The translations under genes were made by a program, and so were the position numbers. Under the pieces are notes generated by a model, which worked only from the letters and a program-made list of their open reading frames with translations, was not told where the DNA came from and did not search any database. DNA of 64,000 bases, from IMG/VR virus record IMGVR_UViG_3300034108_000145, positions 65,766 to 129,765 of that record. One strand, given 5' to 3'. The stretch is from a virus. Of the stretch, positions 16,296 through 25,706 are shown piece by piece (the stretch's first letter is position 1; every line of letters starts with the position of its first letter).

Positions 16296-17385
16296 AAGAG
16301 AAGAGATCCAACAAGAAGCTCTTGATATAGCTACAAAACACGAAAGGTGTGGACTAGCTATATCAATGGGTGTTGGTAAAACCTTAATAGGTTTGAAGTA
16401 TATAGATCACTTTCAGAAAATCTATAAAGATAGACTGAAAGTATTAGTCGTAGCACCTAAACTATCTATATTTGATAGTTGGGTAGACGATGCTTCCAAG
16501 TTTAATATATCATTAGAAGGTGTAGAGTTTACTACTTACTTATCCTTAAGCAAAAAAGATCCTAAAGAGTATGATGTTCTAGTGCTTGATGAGTGTCACA
16601 GCTTATTAAACACGCATGCTCCATTCTTTAACTTTTATAAAGGTAGAATATTAGGATTAACTGGTACTCCTCCTAGACATACAAATAGTGAAAAAGGTAT
16701 ATTAGTACATGTTTATTGTCCGATAGTATTCAAGTATATTACAGATGACGCTATAGATGATGACATCTTAAATGACTATAGAATTATAGTACATAAGATG
16801 CCGCTTTCTGTAGATAACGTTATGCCTGTAAAGCTTAAAGACAAAGAGTTTTTTACATCAGAACGTAAAAACTATGAGTATTGGACAAAAAGACTAATGG
16901 AAGCTCAGTCTAAAAAGCAAGAGCAGATTGCTTCTGTAATGAGAATGCGTACACTAATGGATTTTAAGACAAAAGAAAAGTATGCTAAGTATCTACTCAA
17001 TGAGATAGAAGACAAGTGTATAGTATTTTGTAACACGCAAGTACAAGCTGATAGAATTTGTAAAAGTTCATACCACTCAAGCAATCCTGATGCAGAAGAA
17101 AATCTTCTAAAATTCAAGAATGATGAGATTGATCAACTGTCTTGTGTACTACAATTAAATGAGGGTATCAACATACCTAATCTTAGAGCAGGTATCATTA
17201 TGCATGCTTACGGTAATGAGCGTAAAAGCAACCAACGTATTGGTAGACTTTTAAGACTTAATCCAGATGACACAGCTATTATACATATACTGTGTTATAA
17301 AGGAACCGTAGATGAAAAGTGGGTTAATGAAGCATTAAAAGATCTTGACTCTACTAAAATAACATTTCATGACGTAGAATCTTAA
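16288..17385 (+). CDS. Superfamily 2 DExH helicase
   Basis: MGVGKT, LDECH, GLTGT, NEGINIP and QRIGRLLR motifs. Confidence 0.9.
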   Translation: MSKREEIQQEALDIATKHERCGLAISMGVGKTLIGLKYIDHFQKIYKDRLKVLVVAPKLSIFDSWVDDASKFNISLEGVEFTTYLSLSKKDPKEYDVLVLDECHSLLNTHAPFFNFYKGRILGLTGTPPRHTNSEKGILVHVYCPIVFKYITDDAIDDDILNDYRIIVHKMPLSVDNVMPVKLKDKEFFTSERKNYEYWTKRLMEAQSKKQEQIASVMRMRTLMDFKTKEKYAKYLLNEIEDKCIVFCNTQVQADRICKSSYHSSNPDAEENLLKFKNDEIDQLSCVLQLNEGINIPNLRAGIIMHAYGNERKSNQRIGRLLRLNPDDTAIIHILCYKGTVDEKWVNEALKDLDSTKITFHDVES

Positions 17386-17389
17386 AATT

Positions 17390-17785
17390 ATGAGTATTCA
17401 CTTTACAGGTAAGTATATAAAGAAAGATGGTAAGTTAGAGTTTTCTAGCTTAGCACAAGCTAAACAGTTTGAAGTGTTTACTGGTCACATTCCTAACGGT
17501 CAAATTGTAGAAGTGTTCTATGAAATGACACACGATGACGGTACACTACCACAATTAGCTAAGCTACATGTTGTAATAAAACAACTAGCTATGCATATTG
17601 GTGAGACTGTAGAGAATATGAAAATATTAGTTAAAGACCGAGCTGGATTATGTATTGCACGTAATGTAGCAGGTAAAGAATATTTTCTAGCTAAAAGTTT
17701 TGCAGATTGTTCTAGGGAAGAACTATCATTAGCTATACAAGCATCTATAGAGATTGGAGAAGATATTGGTTTTATTGTTAACTAA
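17390..17785 (+). CDS. NinB/Orf-like recombination protein
   Basis: T..QLAKLH..IKQLA..IG....MK...SFADCSREEL pattern. Confidence 0.5.
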   Translation: MSIHFTGKYIKKDGKLEFSSLAQAKQFEVFTGHIPNGQIVEVFYEMTHDDGTLPQLAKLHVVIKQLAMHIGETVENMKILVKDRAGLCIARNVAGKEYFLAKSFADCSREELSLAIQASIEIGEDIGFIVN

Positions 17786-18068
17786 CCTCATCAATATCAT
17801 CTACATCTTTTTCATATGTCTGTCCTGACGCAATAGCTTGTTGCTCAATAGATCTAAGTAACGTATTGACAATTAAAAGATTTTCCATCCACGGTTCTGG
17901 AAGCTCTTCAAGAGTAACATCTTGTATGAGTTTTTTAAATTCTTCAATCTCTTCATCTGTTCTATCAGAGATGAGTTGAACCATAACCTTTTGAACTCTT
18001 TTAAGAAATGCTGAGCCTATACTAATAGTAACTACAGCATCATTTTTAATCATCGTGATTTTAGACAT
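17778..18068 (-). CDS. Hypothetical protein, lone antisense gene
   Basis: Start MSKITM; has its own TAnnTTTG promoter upstream. Confidence 0.65.
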   Translation of the reverse strand: MSKITMIKNDAVVTISIGSAFLKRVQKVMVQLISDRTDEEIEEFKKLIQDVTLEELPEPWMENLLIVNTLLRSIEQQAIASGQTYEKDVDDIDEVS

Positions 18069-18088
18069 AACTTGAGGGGTTTGAACTT

Positions 18089-18096
18089 CAAATATA
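18089..18096 (-). promoter_or_regulatory. Bacteroidota sigma70 -7 element (TATATTTG)
   Basis: Exact TAnnTTTG about 20 nt before the ATG at 18068. Confidence 0.5.
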
Positions 18097-18104
18097 CAAT
18101 AAAT

Positions 18105-18821
18105 ATGGAACAAACTATAAACTTAGCAGAAATTAAAGAAAAACTTATAGAAAAGCTTAAACCATCTGGTTGGGCTAACAAACTTAAAGGTTTTATACAA
18201 AGCTCAGACTTTGATAAAATATTAGAAACTCTTTATAATGAAAGAGAAGCTGGTAAAAGATTTACTCCTCCTTTAAAGCAAGTATTCAGAGCCTTTGAAG
18301 AGTGTCCAGAAAAAGATCTTAAGGTAATTATTGTTGGACAAGATCCTTATCCTATGATGGGTGTAGCAGATGGCTTAGCTTTTAGCTGTAGCATCACACA
18401 GAAGCCACAACCTAGTTTAAGAAACATGTTTGAAGCTATAGAACAGACTGTGTATCAAGAGTTTCCAACTTATCAGGATCCAAACCTAGCTAGATGGGCT
18501 AATCAAGGAGTATTATTACTAAACACAGCATTAACATGTCAGATAGATAAAATAGGAAGTCATCACCATATATGGAATGAGTTTGTTATGTACCTATTTG
18601 ATATGCTAAACTTTACAAACTCAGGTTTGATATTTGTACTACTAGGAGCTAAAGCTCAAGAACTAGAGTCAATCATTGGACCTAATCATTATATTCTTAA
18701 AGCTTCACATCCTGCATCAGCAGCCTATACTAAAACTACATGGGACTGTAACAATGTGTTTGTAAGAGTAAATGAAATCATAGAAGCTAATAACGGCAAA
18801 CCGTATACAATTAATTGGTAA
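18105..18821 (+). CDS. ung: Uracil-DNA glycosylase family 1
   Basis: GQDPY, GLAFS, PSLRN, QGVLLLNTALT and SHP motifs. Confidence 0.92.
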   Translation: MEQTINLAEIKEKLIEKLKPSGWANKLKGFIQSSDFDKILETLYNEREAGKRFTPPLKQVFRAFEECPEKDLKVIIVGQDPYPMMGVADGLAFSCSITQKPQPSLRNMFEAIEQTVYQEFPTYQDPNLARWANQGVLLLNTALTCQIDKIGSHHHIWNEFVMYLFDMLNFTNSGLIFVLLGAKAQELESIIGPNHYILKASHPASAAYTKTTWDCNNVFVRVNEIIEANNGKPYTINW

Positions 18822-18841
18822 ACATTCAAAAACAACATAAC

Positions 18842-19246
18842 ATGGCTATTCAAAAAGAAGAAGTATCTATTGATGTACAAGACATTATAGATTTATTACA
18901 CAGTGGTTACACTTGGTATAAAAAGGATGACTTGGGCTACGGCTCCATCCAAGAGAAATATAATGCATTAGATATGCATATTAAAGTTATTCAGAAACAT
19001 CCTGAATTACAGAACGTAGATACAATTGCAAGAGTTTTTGTAATAACTAATAACAAATCAAATGCTACCCTTAGAGAAACCACCAGTACCGTTGGAAAAC
19101 CATCTTTTACTGAGACTTTGGAACAAGTATCAGGAAGAACTGATAATAGATCCAATATCAGCGAGGCAGTACCTGCAAATGATGGAGATAGTTTCACAAA
19201 CGTACCAGAAAACTCAGAAGAACTCTCAGCATTTGCAAACTTATAG
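18842..19246 (+). CDS. Hypothetical protein
   Basis: Start MAIQK; shares the leader AAAACAACATAAC-ATG with the next gene. Confidence 0.65.
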   Translation: MAIQKEEVSIDVQDIIDLLHSGYTWYKKDDLGYGSIQEKYNALDMHIKVIQKHPELQNVDTIARVFVITNNKSNATLRETTSTVGKPSFTETLEQVSGRTDNRSNISEAVPANDGDSFTNVPENSEELSAFANL

Positions 19247-19271
19247 TAATCAACCTACAAAACAACATAAC

Positions 19272-20402
19272 ATGTCAAAAGTAAAATCTATAACAAAAAG
19301 AACAACACAGGAAATTCGTACTATTGAAACTTCTCTTATAAACAAAGAAGAGGTATTTAAAATGCTAGCGTTAGCAGAATCTACAGGACTACCATGTCTT
19401 CTAGTAGGTGAACCAGGTGTTGCTAAAACAAAAACCGTATTAGACTATGCCAAAGCATGGCTTAACAAAGACGGTAAAATGACAGCTCAAGATTTTGCTA
19501 ATAAGATTTACATCTTAGAAACAGATGAGGGTACTAAAGCATCAGAAATTAAGGGTATGCCTGACTTAGGTAAATTATTTACTGACAACGTGTATGATCT
19601 TAATACACCAATTGCAGATGCAGAGATTGTTATCATTAACGAGGTAGATAAAGCTTCTTCAGCTATACGTAACGCTATGTTAGGTGTAATGAACGAGAAG
19701 TTCTTATTTAACGGTAAGCACAAGATTCCATGTAAGTGGAAGCTATTCATTGCTACCTGTAACGAAATTCCTAAAGAAGAGGCAGACTCTCCATTCTGGG
19801 ATCGTTTCATGTTAAAGATGACGGTTAACCGTGTATCTGCAGGTGAGTTAGTTAAGTATTATACTAAAGGAGCAAGAGACTACCGTGAGAAGTTTAACAT
19901 CGGTATTCCTACTAATCAAGAGATTAACTCTTTAGAAGTACCAGTTAACAAACTAGAAAAGTATCTAGAAGTGGGTTACCAGCACAGTTCAGATCGTACA
20001 TTAACTTTTGTACCGAAACTAACTAAAGCTGTATCTTACATCTGGGATATTAGTCTAGACAAAGCTCTTGTAAAGACAGCACAAATTATGATTGGTCAAT
20101 CTGCAGGTTCTGAATTACAGAACAAGCTAATGAGCCCTGAAGTAAAAGCAGTGATGTCTAAAGTAGAAATGCTTCACAGCTATAACAGCAACGAACAACT
20201 TGAGTTAGCTGTAGCTGAAATTGAGAGCTTGGTTAATACTTATACTTCAAGAGGTATTATGGACGAAACACAAGTAGAAGAGATTGAGCTATCAATGCAA
20301 TATATCATTCAAAACCACCCTGCTCGTAAAGACTATCAAACTTCAGAAGAGTTTGACAATATGATGGCAGAGGCTGTGGTTGAAGCTTCAGCTCCTTACT
20401 AA
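19272..20402 (+). CDS. MoxR/RavA-like AAA+ ATPase
   Basis: Walker A GEPGVAKT, Walker B-like IINEVDK, NAMLGVMNE, ATCN and DRF. Confidence 0.85.
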   Translation: MSKVKSITKRTTQEIRTIETSLINKEEVFKMLALAESTGLPCLLVGEPGVAKTKTVLDYAKAWLNKDGKMTAQDFANKIYILETDEGTKASEIKGMPDLGKLFTDNVYDLNTPIADAEIVIINEVDKASSAIRNAMLGVMNEKFLFNGKHKIPCKWKLFIATCNEIPKEEADSPFWDRFMLKMTVNRVSAGELVKYYTKGARDYREKFNIGIPTNQEINSLEVPVNKLEKYLEVGYQHSSDRTLTFVPKLTKAVSYIWDISLDKALVKTAQIMIGQSAGSELQNKLMSPEVKAVMSKVEMLHSYNSNEQLELAVAEIESLVNTYTSRGIMDETQVEEIELSMQYIIQNHPARKDYQTSEEFDNMMAEAVVEASAPY

Positions 20403-20506
20403 GTAGAGGTCCACAAAATAATGTAACCTTCGGAGAATTACAGATGGCCTTTTATGGTCATCTGTATCTCTTAAGGATCTCATAAATAAAATAAAAGAAG
20501 GTAATA

Positions 20507-22033
20507 ATGTCAACAGGAAAACAATATAAGAATGTATATACCATTCTTGAAAAAGTAAAGAAAGGTGAGATACAATCTCATTATAATAATGAAGACGGAG
20601 GTCTATTTAGCAAGCTAAACTTCTATAAAAAATCTGATATGATTAAACCTTACATTCACTATATTGATGAACGTAAGATACAGAATATCATAGAGTCTCA
20701 ATTAAAAGTTTACGGTACCAATATTAGAAAAATACAAGATGAATATAATAATTTTTCTAAGACTGCTGCTTTTGCTAAAATACCAGACGATAAAAAACCA
20801 GACTTCAACAGTTTTGCACAAAAAGTTAATGAAAACTATAACAAGTTTCCATCACATCTTAAGTATGATGTATTTAAGATGTACTATAACAAGATGGAAA
20901 AGTTAGAGTTTGAAGAACGTGATGAAAAAAACTATACTAAGTATAAATTTTTAGAGAAAGCTAATAATCCTGTGGGTAAGATTATGACCGAGAATGCAAA
21001 TTTAAAGTCTAGTGTATTTACCCGTAACATGATGATGTACTATCTACTACAAATGACTCAAATGGAGTATGTAGACCCAGATGCTCATCAGAGTGTACAA
21101 AACGGATTGAACGGCTCTTCTGATTTTGACAACGATGGTGTAGATAAAGCTTTAGACAAACTGTTTAATAGTCAAACATCAAAGAACATGTTAGATAGAA
21201 TGATGAAAGATGCACAAGAAACATGTAAAATGATGGATGACAATCTTGACCAAGATGTACAAGATCGTATGTTCCAAGAAGCTAATACAAACTCTGGCGG
21301 TGAAGAAGCTGGTAAACTTAGTCCTAATTACATGAGACAAATAGAGTCTCGTTTAGCTAGAATCAAACTATCAACAGGGTCATTAAAAGAAAAGATCAAA
21401 AAGCTTCTTGATAAATCATCTTCTTATTTCTCTTCTAAAAAGATTGTAAAGTATGATGATTTATTTAACGCAGATGACGTATCAGGACTTGAAGACTATG
21501 TATTCTTACACCCAAGGTTACGCAAGATTTTTGCTGAAGACCTTATGGTTAAAGAAACAAAGTCTGTAGGTAAAGTAGATGTGTATGTAGACGTATCAGG
21601 ATCTATGAGCTCAAGCTGTGGTGTAAGAGATGTGAACGATGATACTATTAGCAAGATAGACTTTTCTAAAGCTTTAATAGCTAAGCTAAAAGAAATGGAT
21701 ATGCTCAACAACATATATCTATTTGACACCCGTCTTAAAAAATCAAAGACAGACTTAATAAGTATTTCTATGATTGATTGTAACGGTGGTACAACTATTG
21801 ATGTGGCTATTAATTCTATAGAAAAGAATGATATGAACGCGTTAGTTATCACTGATGCAGAAGACAGATGTCGTGTGTATTCAGATAAAGCTTTCTTTAT
21901 AGGTGTAGAAGGATCTAACTTCAGACACTTTGATAGTGAGATTATAGAAAAGTACTCACAACGTAATCAAGTTGTCGTATTTAATGGCACTAAGATTAGT
22001 AAAGTAAATAAAGACGGTTATGTTATAAGTTGA
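20507..22033 (+). CDS. VWA domain protein (ViaA-like)
   Basis: MIDAS DVSGSMS, GGTTI and ITDAED; follows the MoxR ATPase. Confidence 0.85.
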   Translation: MSTGKQYKNVYTILEKVKKGEIQSHYNNEDGGLFSKLNFYKKSDMIKPYIHYIDERKIQNIIESQLKVYGTNIRKIQDEYNNFSKTAAFAKIPDDKKPDFNSFAQKVNENYNKFPSHLKYDVFKMYYNKMEKLEFEERDEKNYTKYKFLEKANNPVGKIMTENANLKSSVFTRNMMMYYLLQMTQMEYVDPDAHQSVQNGLNGSSDFDNDGVDKALDKLFNSQTSKNMLDRMMKDAQETCKMMDDNLDQDVQDRMFQEANTNSGGEEAGKLSPNYMRQIESRLARIKLSTGSLKEKIKKLLDKSSSYFSSKKIVKYDDLFNADDVSGLEDYVFLHPRLRKIFAEDLMVKETKSVGKVDVYVDVSGSMSSSCGVRDVNDDTISKIDFSKALIAKLKEMDMLNNIYLFDTRLKKSKTDLISISMIDCNGGTTIDVAINSIEKNDMNALVITDAEDRCRVYSDKAFFIGVEGSNFRHFDSEIIEKYSQRNQVVVFNGTKISKVNKDGYVIS

Positions 22034-23381
22034 TTTTTGAACCAACTACCCCAAAAAACAGCATAGGTATCTCAGGATTAGTAGAAATACTAGTCTTGAG
22101 ACCCATGTTGAATTTAAATCTTTTAGTAATAGAATAGTCAACACCAAAGCCTGTCAGTATACCTACATCATTAGATTCAGTGAATGTACCTTCTTTAGTA
22201 AGATAAACTAAAGGACTACCTGATAAGTATATATCAGGAGATATAGACAATCGTTTAGTTAAAGTAAACGGTTTAGTATAAAACAATAGAATAGAACTAG
22301 TCAAACTAAATTGACTAGCTGCTTCTGCTGCAGGATCAGGTTGATAAGCCGCCTCAGCAAAGCTTAAAGTGTAATTGACACCAGTTACACCCCATTTACC
22401 AAGAGGTTTAATATACGCATAAGTTGCAAAACCAAACTTAGTACCAAATGCGTATGCTACTGTAGCACCAAAGTTAGATATACCTTGAAGTTTACCTTCA
22501 TCAAAATGCATAGCTGTATATCTACCACTAAGAGCAAACTGTTGAAGGTTGCTCCACACCATACCGGTTAGTCCCCAGGAAGATTGTCCAGTCATAGAAG
22601 ACTGAGATATCCCACCGGTCATAATAACACTGAAACTATTATCTAGACTTTGCCCACCAGTAAAGTCAGAGTTAAATAATATAGGATTTACTTTAGCAGG
22701 GCCCTTGGCGGCACTCTTAGATTTAGATCCACCACTAGATTTTGATTCTGATTTAGATTCTGATTTAGACTCAGAACTAGATTCTGAGCTACTAGATGAT
22801 TCAGAACTACTAGATTCAGAACTAGATGAACTCTCCCCGCTGCTAGATGAGCTGCTGCTGCTAGATTCCGAGCTCGATCCTTGAGAATTGCTTGAACTAC
22901 TAGCAGAGCTGCTAGCAGAAGATGAAGCTGAACTTGCTGCAGAAGAACTTGCAGATGATGCTGCACTACTAGAAGCAGAAGAAGCCGCAGAACTAGCGGC
23001 TGATGACGCTGCACTAGCGGCAGCTGAAGATGCGGCTGTAGAAGCAGCTGCTGAAGCGGCAGCACTTACTGCAGCAGATACAGCACCGGCTGTAATCTGA
23101 GTGCTAGTAACTGAAGCTTGAGCCACAGAACATGGAGATAACTTTCTATAATCTTCATATACTTGATTAAGCCATGAATTAAATGCACCACTGCGGACAT
23201 CAGCTGCAGTGAAAACACGAGACTTATTATAAAAAACAATAGTAGTACTACCAGTGATAGGGATAATAAACGTAGAAACAACTTTAGTACAAGGATCAAT
23301 GAATGTTTGAACAAGAGTTTGAGACAACGCATAGAACGGTAGTATTAATACTACAATGAATAAAAATATAAACTTTTTCAT
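22023..23381 (-). CDS. Secreted protein with Ser/Ala-rich linker and C-terminal outer-membrane beta-barrel-like domain
   Basis: Signal peptide; ~120-aa S/A/E/K low-complexity tract; amphipathic beta-strands ending GSKINL. Confidence 0.65.
   Translation of the reverse strand: MKKFIFLFIVVLILPFYALSQTLVQTFIDPCTKVVSTFIIPITGSTTIVFYNKSRVFTAADVRSGAFNSWLNQVYEDYRKLSPCSVAQASVTSTQITAGAVSAAVSAAASAAASTAASSAAASAASSAASSAASSASSSAASSASSSAASSASSSASSSASSSSNSQGSSSESSSSSSSSSGESSSSSESSSSESSSSSESSSESKSESKSESKSSGGSKSKSAAKGPAKVNPILFNSDFTGGQSLDNSFSVIMTGGISQSSMTGQSSWGLTGMVWSNLQQFALSGRYTAMHFDEGKLQGISNFGATVAYAFGTKFGFATYAYIKPLGKWGVTGVNYTLSFAEAAYQPDPAAEAASQFSLTSSILLFYTKPFTLTKRLSISPDIYLSGSPLVYLTKEGTFTESNDVGILTGFGVDYSITKRFKFNMGLKTSISTNPEIPMLFFGVVGSKINL
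22735..23075. repeat. Low-complexity Ser/Ala codon repeats (AASS, SSSE, SESK units)
   Basis: Visible in the translation and DNA. Confidence 0.8.
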
Positions 23382-24112
23382 TATTTAGTGAAGATTCCTT
23401 TCTTCACCATTCTATCTAAGATCCTAGCACAAGCTATATCTAAAGCTTTTTTAGTAGCAATAGATATGGTTGATTGATTAAACTTAACAGGGTCTAAAGA
23501 AGCATCTGATAAACCTGAAGTTTCTTTTGTACTCTTAGCTTCCCCTAATCCAGAACCAGATATAATGGTCCCCGTCTCGGCATCAGTAAATCTTACTTGC
23601 AAACCGATACGAGTAACCATTAACTGTTTCGTGTCCCCCTTTATATATACAGATTCGTCTTCTGATATAGAGTAATCATAGCATTCTATAGTAACAAAGT
23701 ACTTAGCTAAATTAATCTTACCACGACCATCTAGTTTATTCTCAGAGATACCAGCTTGGGAAGCCTGAAACTGCTTCACCATACGGTTTTTGATCTCTGT
23801 TTTATCCTCTGTAAATTTAAATCTATTTAAGTTTTCAAGGTATTCCATAGAGATATTAGCTACGCCAAGACCCACACGCTTCTCTTTAAGCTCAGGGTAT
23901 TGTTCGTACATATCATCTGATATACCACACTTCAGGATTTGTATAGGAACCTGAGGCCCTTCATAATCTAAGAACTGACTGATGTCTATAGCTTTCTCAA
24001 AAGAAGCTTTATAGTTTTCAGTAGTAGTCTTAGCTATTTGTGAAAAGCCAGCATGAACCAAAAGGAACATGCTAGCTAAAAACATAACAACAAATATTAT
24101 TTTCTTTCTCAT
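23381..24112 (-). CDS. CsgG/HfaB-like protein
   Basis: Signal peptide; L...NRFKFTE...E; AKYFV; IGLQVRFTDAETGTIISGSG motif. Confidence 0.7.
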   Translation of the reverse strand: MRKKIIFVVMFLASMFLLVHAGFSQIAKTTTENYKASFEKAIDISQFLDYEGPQVPIQILKCGISDDMYEQYPELKEKRVGLGVANISMEYLENLNRFKFTEDKTEIKNRMVKQFQASQAGISENKLDGRGKINLAKYFVTIECYDYSISEDESVYIKGDTKQLMVTRIGLQVRFTDAETGTIISGSGLGEAKSTKETSGLSDASLDPVKFNQSTISIATKKALDIACARILDRMVKKGIFTK

Positions 24113-24330
24113 ACTTTAAGTTTATTGGAGTATCTGGAAAGTAGCCAATACAACAGCCAGAACACCCCGGACAAGCAATAGAATATGATATCGGTAGCCC
24201 AAAAGCTCCCAGTAGCGTTTAAGAGCGTCTTGAATAAAAGATCGTATCCCAAAGGCAGGAAGAACATGGCCAGCATTAAACTGATATCTTTGAGAGAGTT
24301 TACTCTCCTTAGTCTGTTTCTTTTGTTCAT
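24109..24330 (-). CDS. Small membrane protein (2 TM)
   Basis: Hydrophobic segments; FFLPLGYD. Confidence 0.65.
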   Translation of the reverse strand: MNKRNRLRRVNSLKDISLMLAMFFLPLGYDLLFKTLLNATGSFWATDIIFYCLSGVFWLLYWLLSRYSNKLKV

Positions 24331-24354
24331 CAGGATCCATGGGAGTTAATTAAG

Positions 24355-24984
24355 TTAAACAATATCTTTTATCTTGCCACACTTAAGACATTCTTCATCT
24401 CCGTCTCCATCAACGTCACCCCAAACGTGCTCACACTGACGATGTGCAAAGTATTCATCAATCTTACCATCACCATCAAAGTCTAGACCATCCATTACAC
24501 CGTCTCCATCCTCATCAATTTCTACACCTTTTTTAGCTGGTGCAGCAACTGGAGCTTCAGACTTTACTTCTTCTTTAACCTCTTCTTTAGAAGCTTGTGA
24601 TTGAGCATTAGCTCTATCAGCAGCAGCTAAGAAAGCAGGATCTACTAATGGTGTATAGTTTTTAGGAGAATCTTTCATGTCATTAGTATTAGACATTGAA
24701 ACTCCGTCTTCTTCATCCATCTTCTGTACAAGCATCTTATCCTTGTCTGTATCAGAGAACCAGTAATCAATAATCTTACCATAAGAGCCAATGAAAGCTC
24801 CCAACAATAATAATAATAATTCTTTCCATTCACCTTGGATTGCTGTACCATAAGTAATAGCGGTAAAGATACCAGCTATAATAAGCATAAAAGATCCAAG
24901 TACTAACGCTGTAATAAACCAGCGTCTCATCATCATAGAGCTAAGTAGTTCTTTAAAACCACTAGGTTGTGTGTTGTTTTCCAT
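24355..24984 (-). CDS. Membrane protein with DxDxDG Ca-binding repeats and C-terminal Zn ribbon
   Basis: 2 TM plus IIDYWFS; DEDGDG, DFDGDG, DVDGDG; CEHVW...CLKCG. Confidence 0.7.
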   Translation of the reverse strand: MENNTQPSGFKELLSSMMMRRWFITALVLGSFMLIIAGIFTAITYGTAIQGEWKELLLLLLGAFIGSYGKIIDYWFSDTDKDKMLVQKMDEEDGVSMSNTNDMKDSPKNYTPLVDPAFLAAADRANAQSQASKEEVKEEVKSEAPVAAPAKKGVEIDEDGDGVMDGLDFDGDGKIDEYFAHRQCEHVWGDVDGDGDEECLKCGKIKDIV

Positions 24985-25003
24985 ATAAATGTTTATTAAT
25001 TAA

Positions 25004-25321
25004 TTACCACTTTGGAGCTTCTTCCTTAAACTCATCACCTTCTTTCTTTTTAACTTTAGCAGCAGGTTGAGCTGGCTGAGCTGCAGGTTTTTCAATTACT
25101 CTTTCAATTACTTTAGTACCTCCACCAGCTTGTTGAGCTTGTTGGTTAGAGTTAGTAATATTAATTACAGGGGCTGGAGCTGGAGCAGGAGCTGCTTCTT
25201 TATCTCCACCACCTAATAGTGTACTTAACCATACACCACCGGCTGTAACAACAGTACCTAATACACCTACTACAGTCTTTTTAAGACTTGACCAGGTTCC
25301 TTCTTGTGTTTCTTCTGACAT
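25004..25321 (-). CDS. Membrane-anchored low-complexity protein
   Basis: One TM, Pro/Ala/Gln-rich tail. Confidence 0.65.
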   Translation of the reverse strand: MSEETQEGTWSSLKKTVVGVLGTVVTAGGVWLSTLLGGGDKEAAPAPAPAPVINITNSNQQAQQAGGGTKVIERVIEKPAAQPAQPAAKVKKKEGDEFKEEAPKW

Positions 25322-25327
25322 GATATT

Positions 25328-25705
25328 CTATTTTATAATTATTGGATGTTTTACTTCTTTACCGTTTATATCTATAAAGATAAAATCATAATCTTGTTTA
25401 TTCAAACTAGATAGATCATATACTTTTTTAGTTACTTCTTCTGTAGCAGTGAAGCCTTCTTTCTTTACAGGATCTTCTTTACCAAAAGGTACTACCTGTA
25501 CAGAATATTTAGCTCCCACTGTAGTTGCAAACTCAGCTGTAACTACGTTACCTACTTGAGTGATTGACTTAATAGCAGTAGCTTCTGACTTTACCCCCAT
25601 ATTAATAGGCTCTGGAGCTGGAATGTCTATCTTAGTACAAGCATACACTATAAGAGTTGCTACAAGAATAAGATAGATAGCTAATAGTTTATTTGTTTCT
25701 TTCAT
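25328..25705 (-). CDS. Lipoprotein (Ig-like)
   Basis: Signal with lipobox IVYA-C. Confidence 0.65.
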   Translation of the reverse strand: MKETNKLLAIYLILVATLIVYACTKIDIPAPEPINMGVKSEATAIKSITQVGNVVTAEFATTVGAKYSVQVVPFGKEDPVKKEGFTATEEVTKKVYDLSSLNKQDYDFIFIDINGKEVKHPIIIK

Positions 25706-25706
25706 C

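Noticed and set aside
19062-19271. 70-codon N-terminal extension or frameshift fusion of the AAA ATPase
   Set aside because: Overlaps the upstream gene; ATG 19272 has the same leader as 18842; no slippery site identified.
22688-23332. Alternative-frame ORFs over the Ser/Ala tract, and other antisense ORFs inside large genes
   Set aside because: Shadow ORFs explained by codon bias and low complexity.
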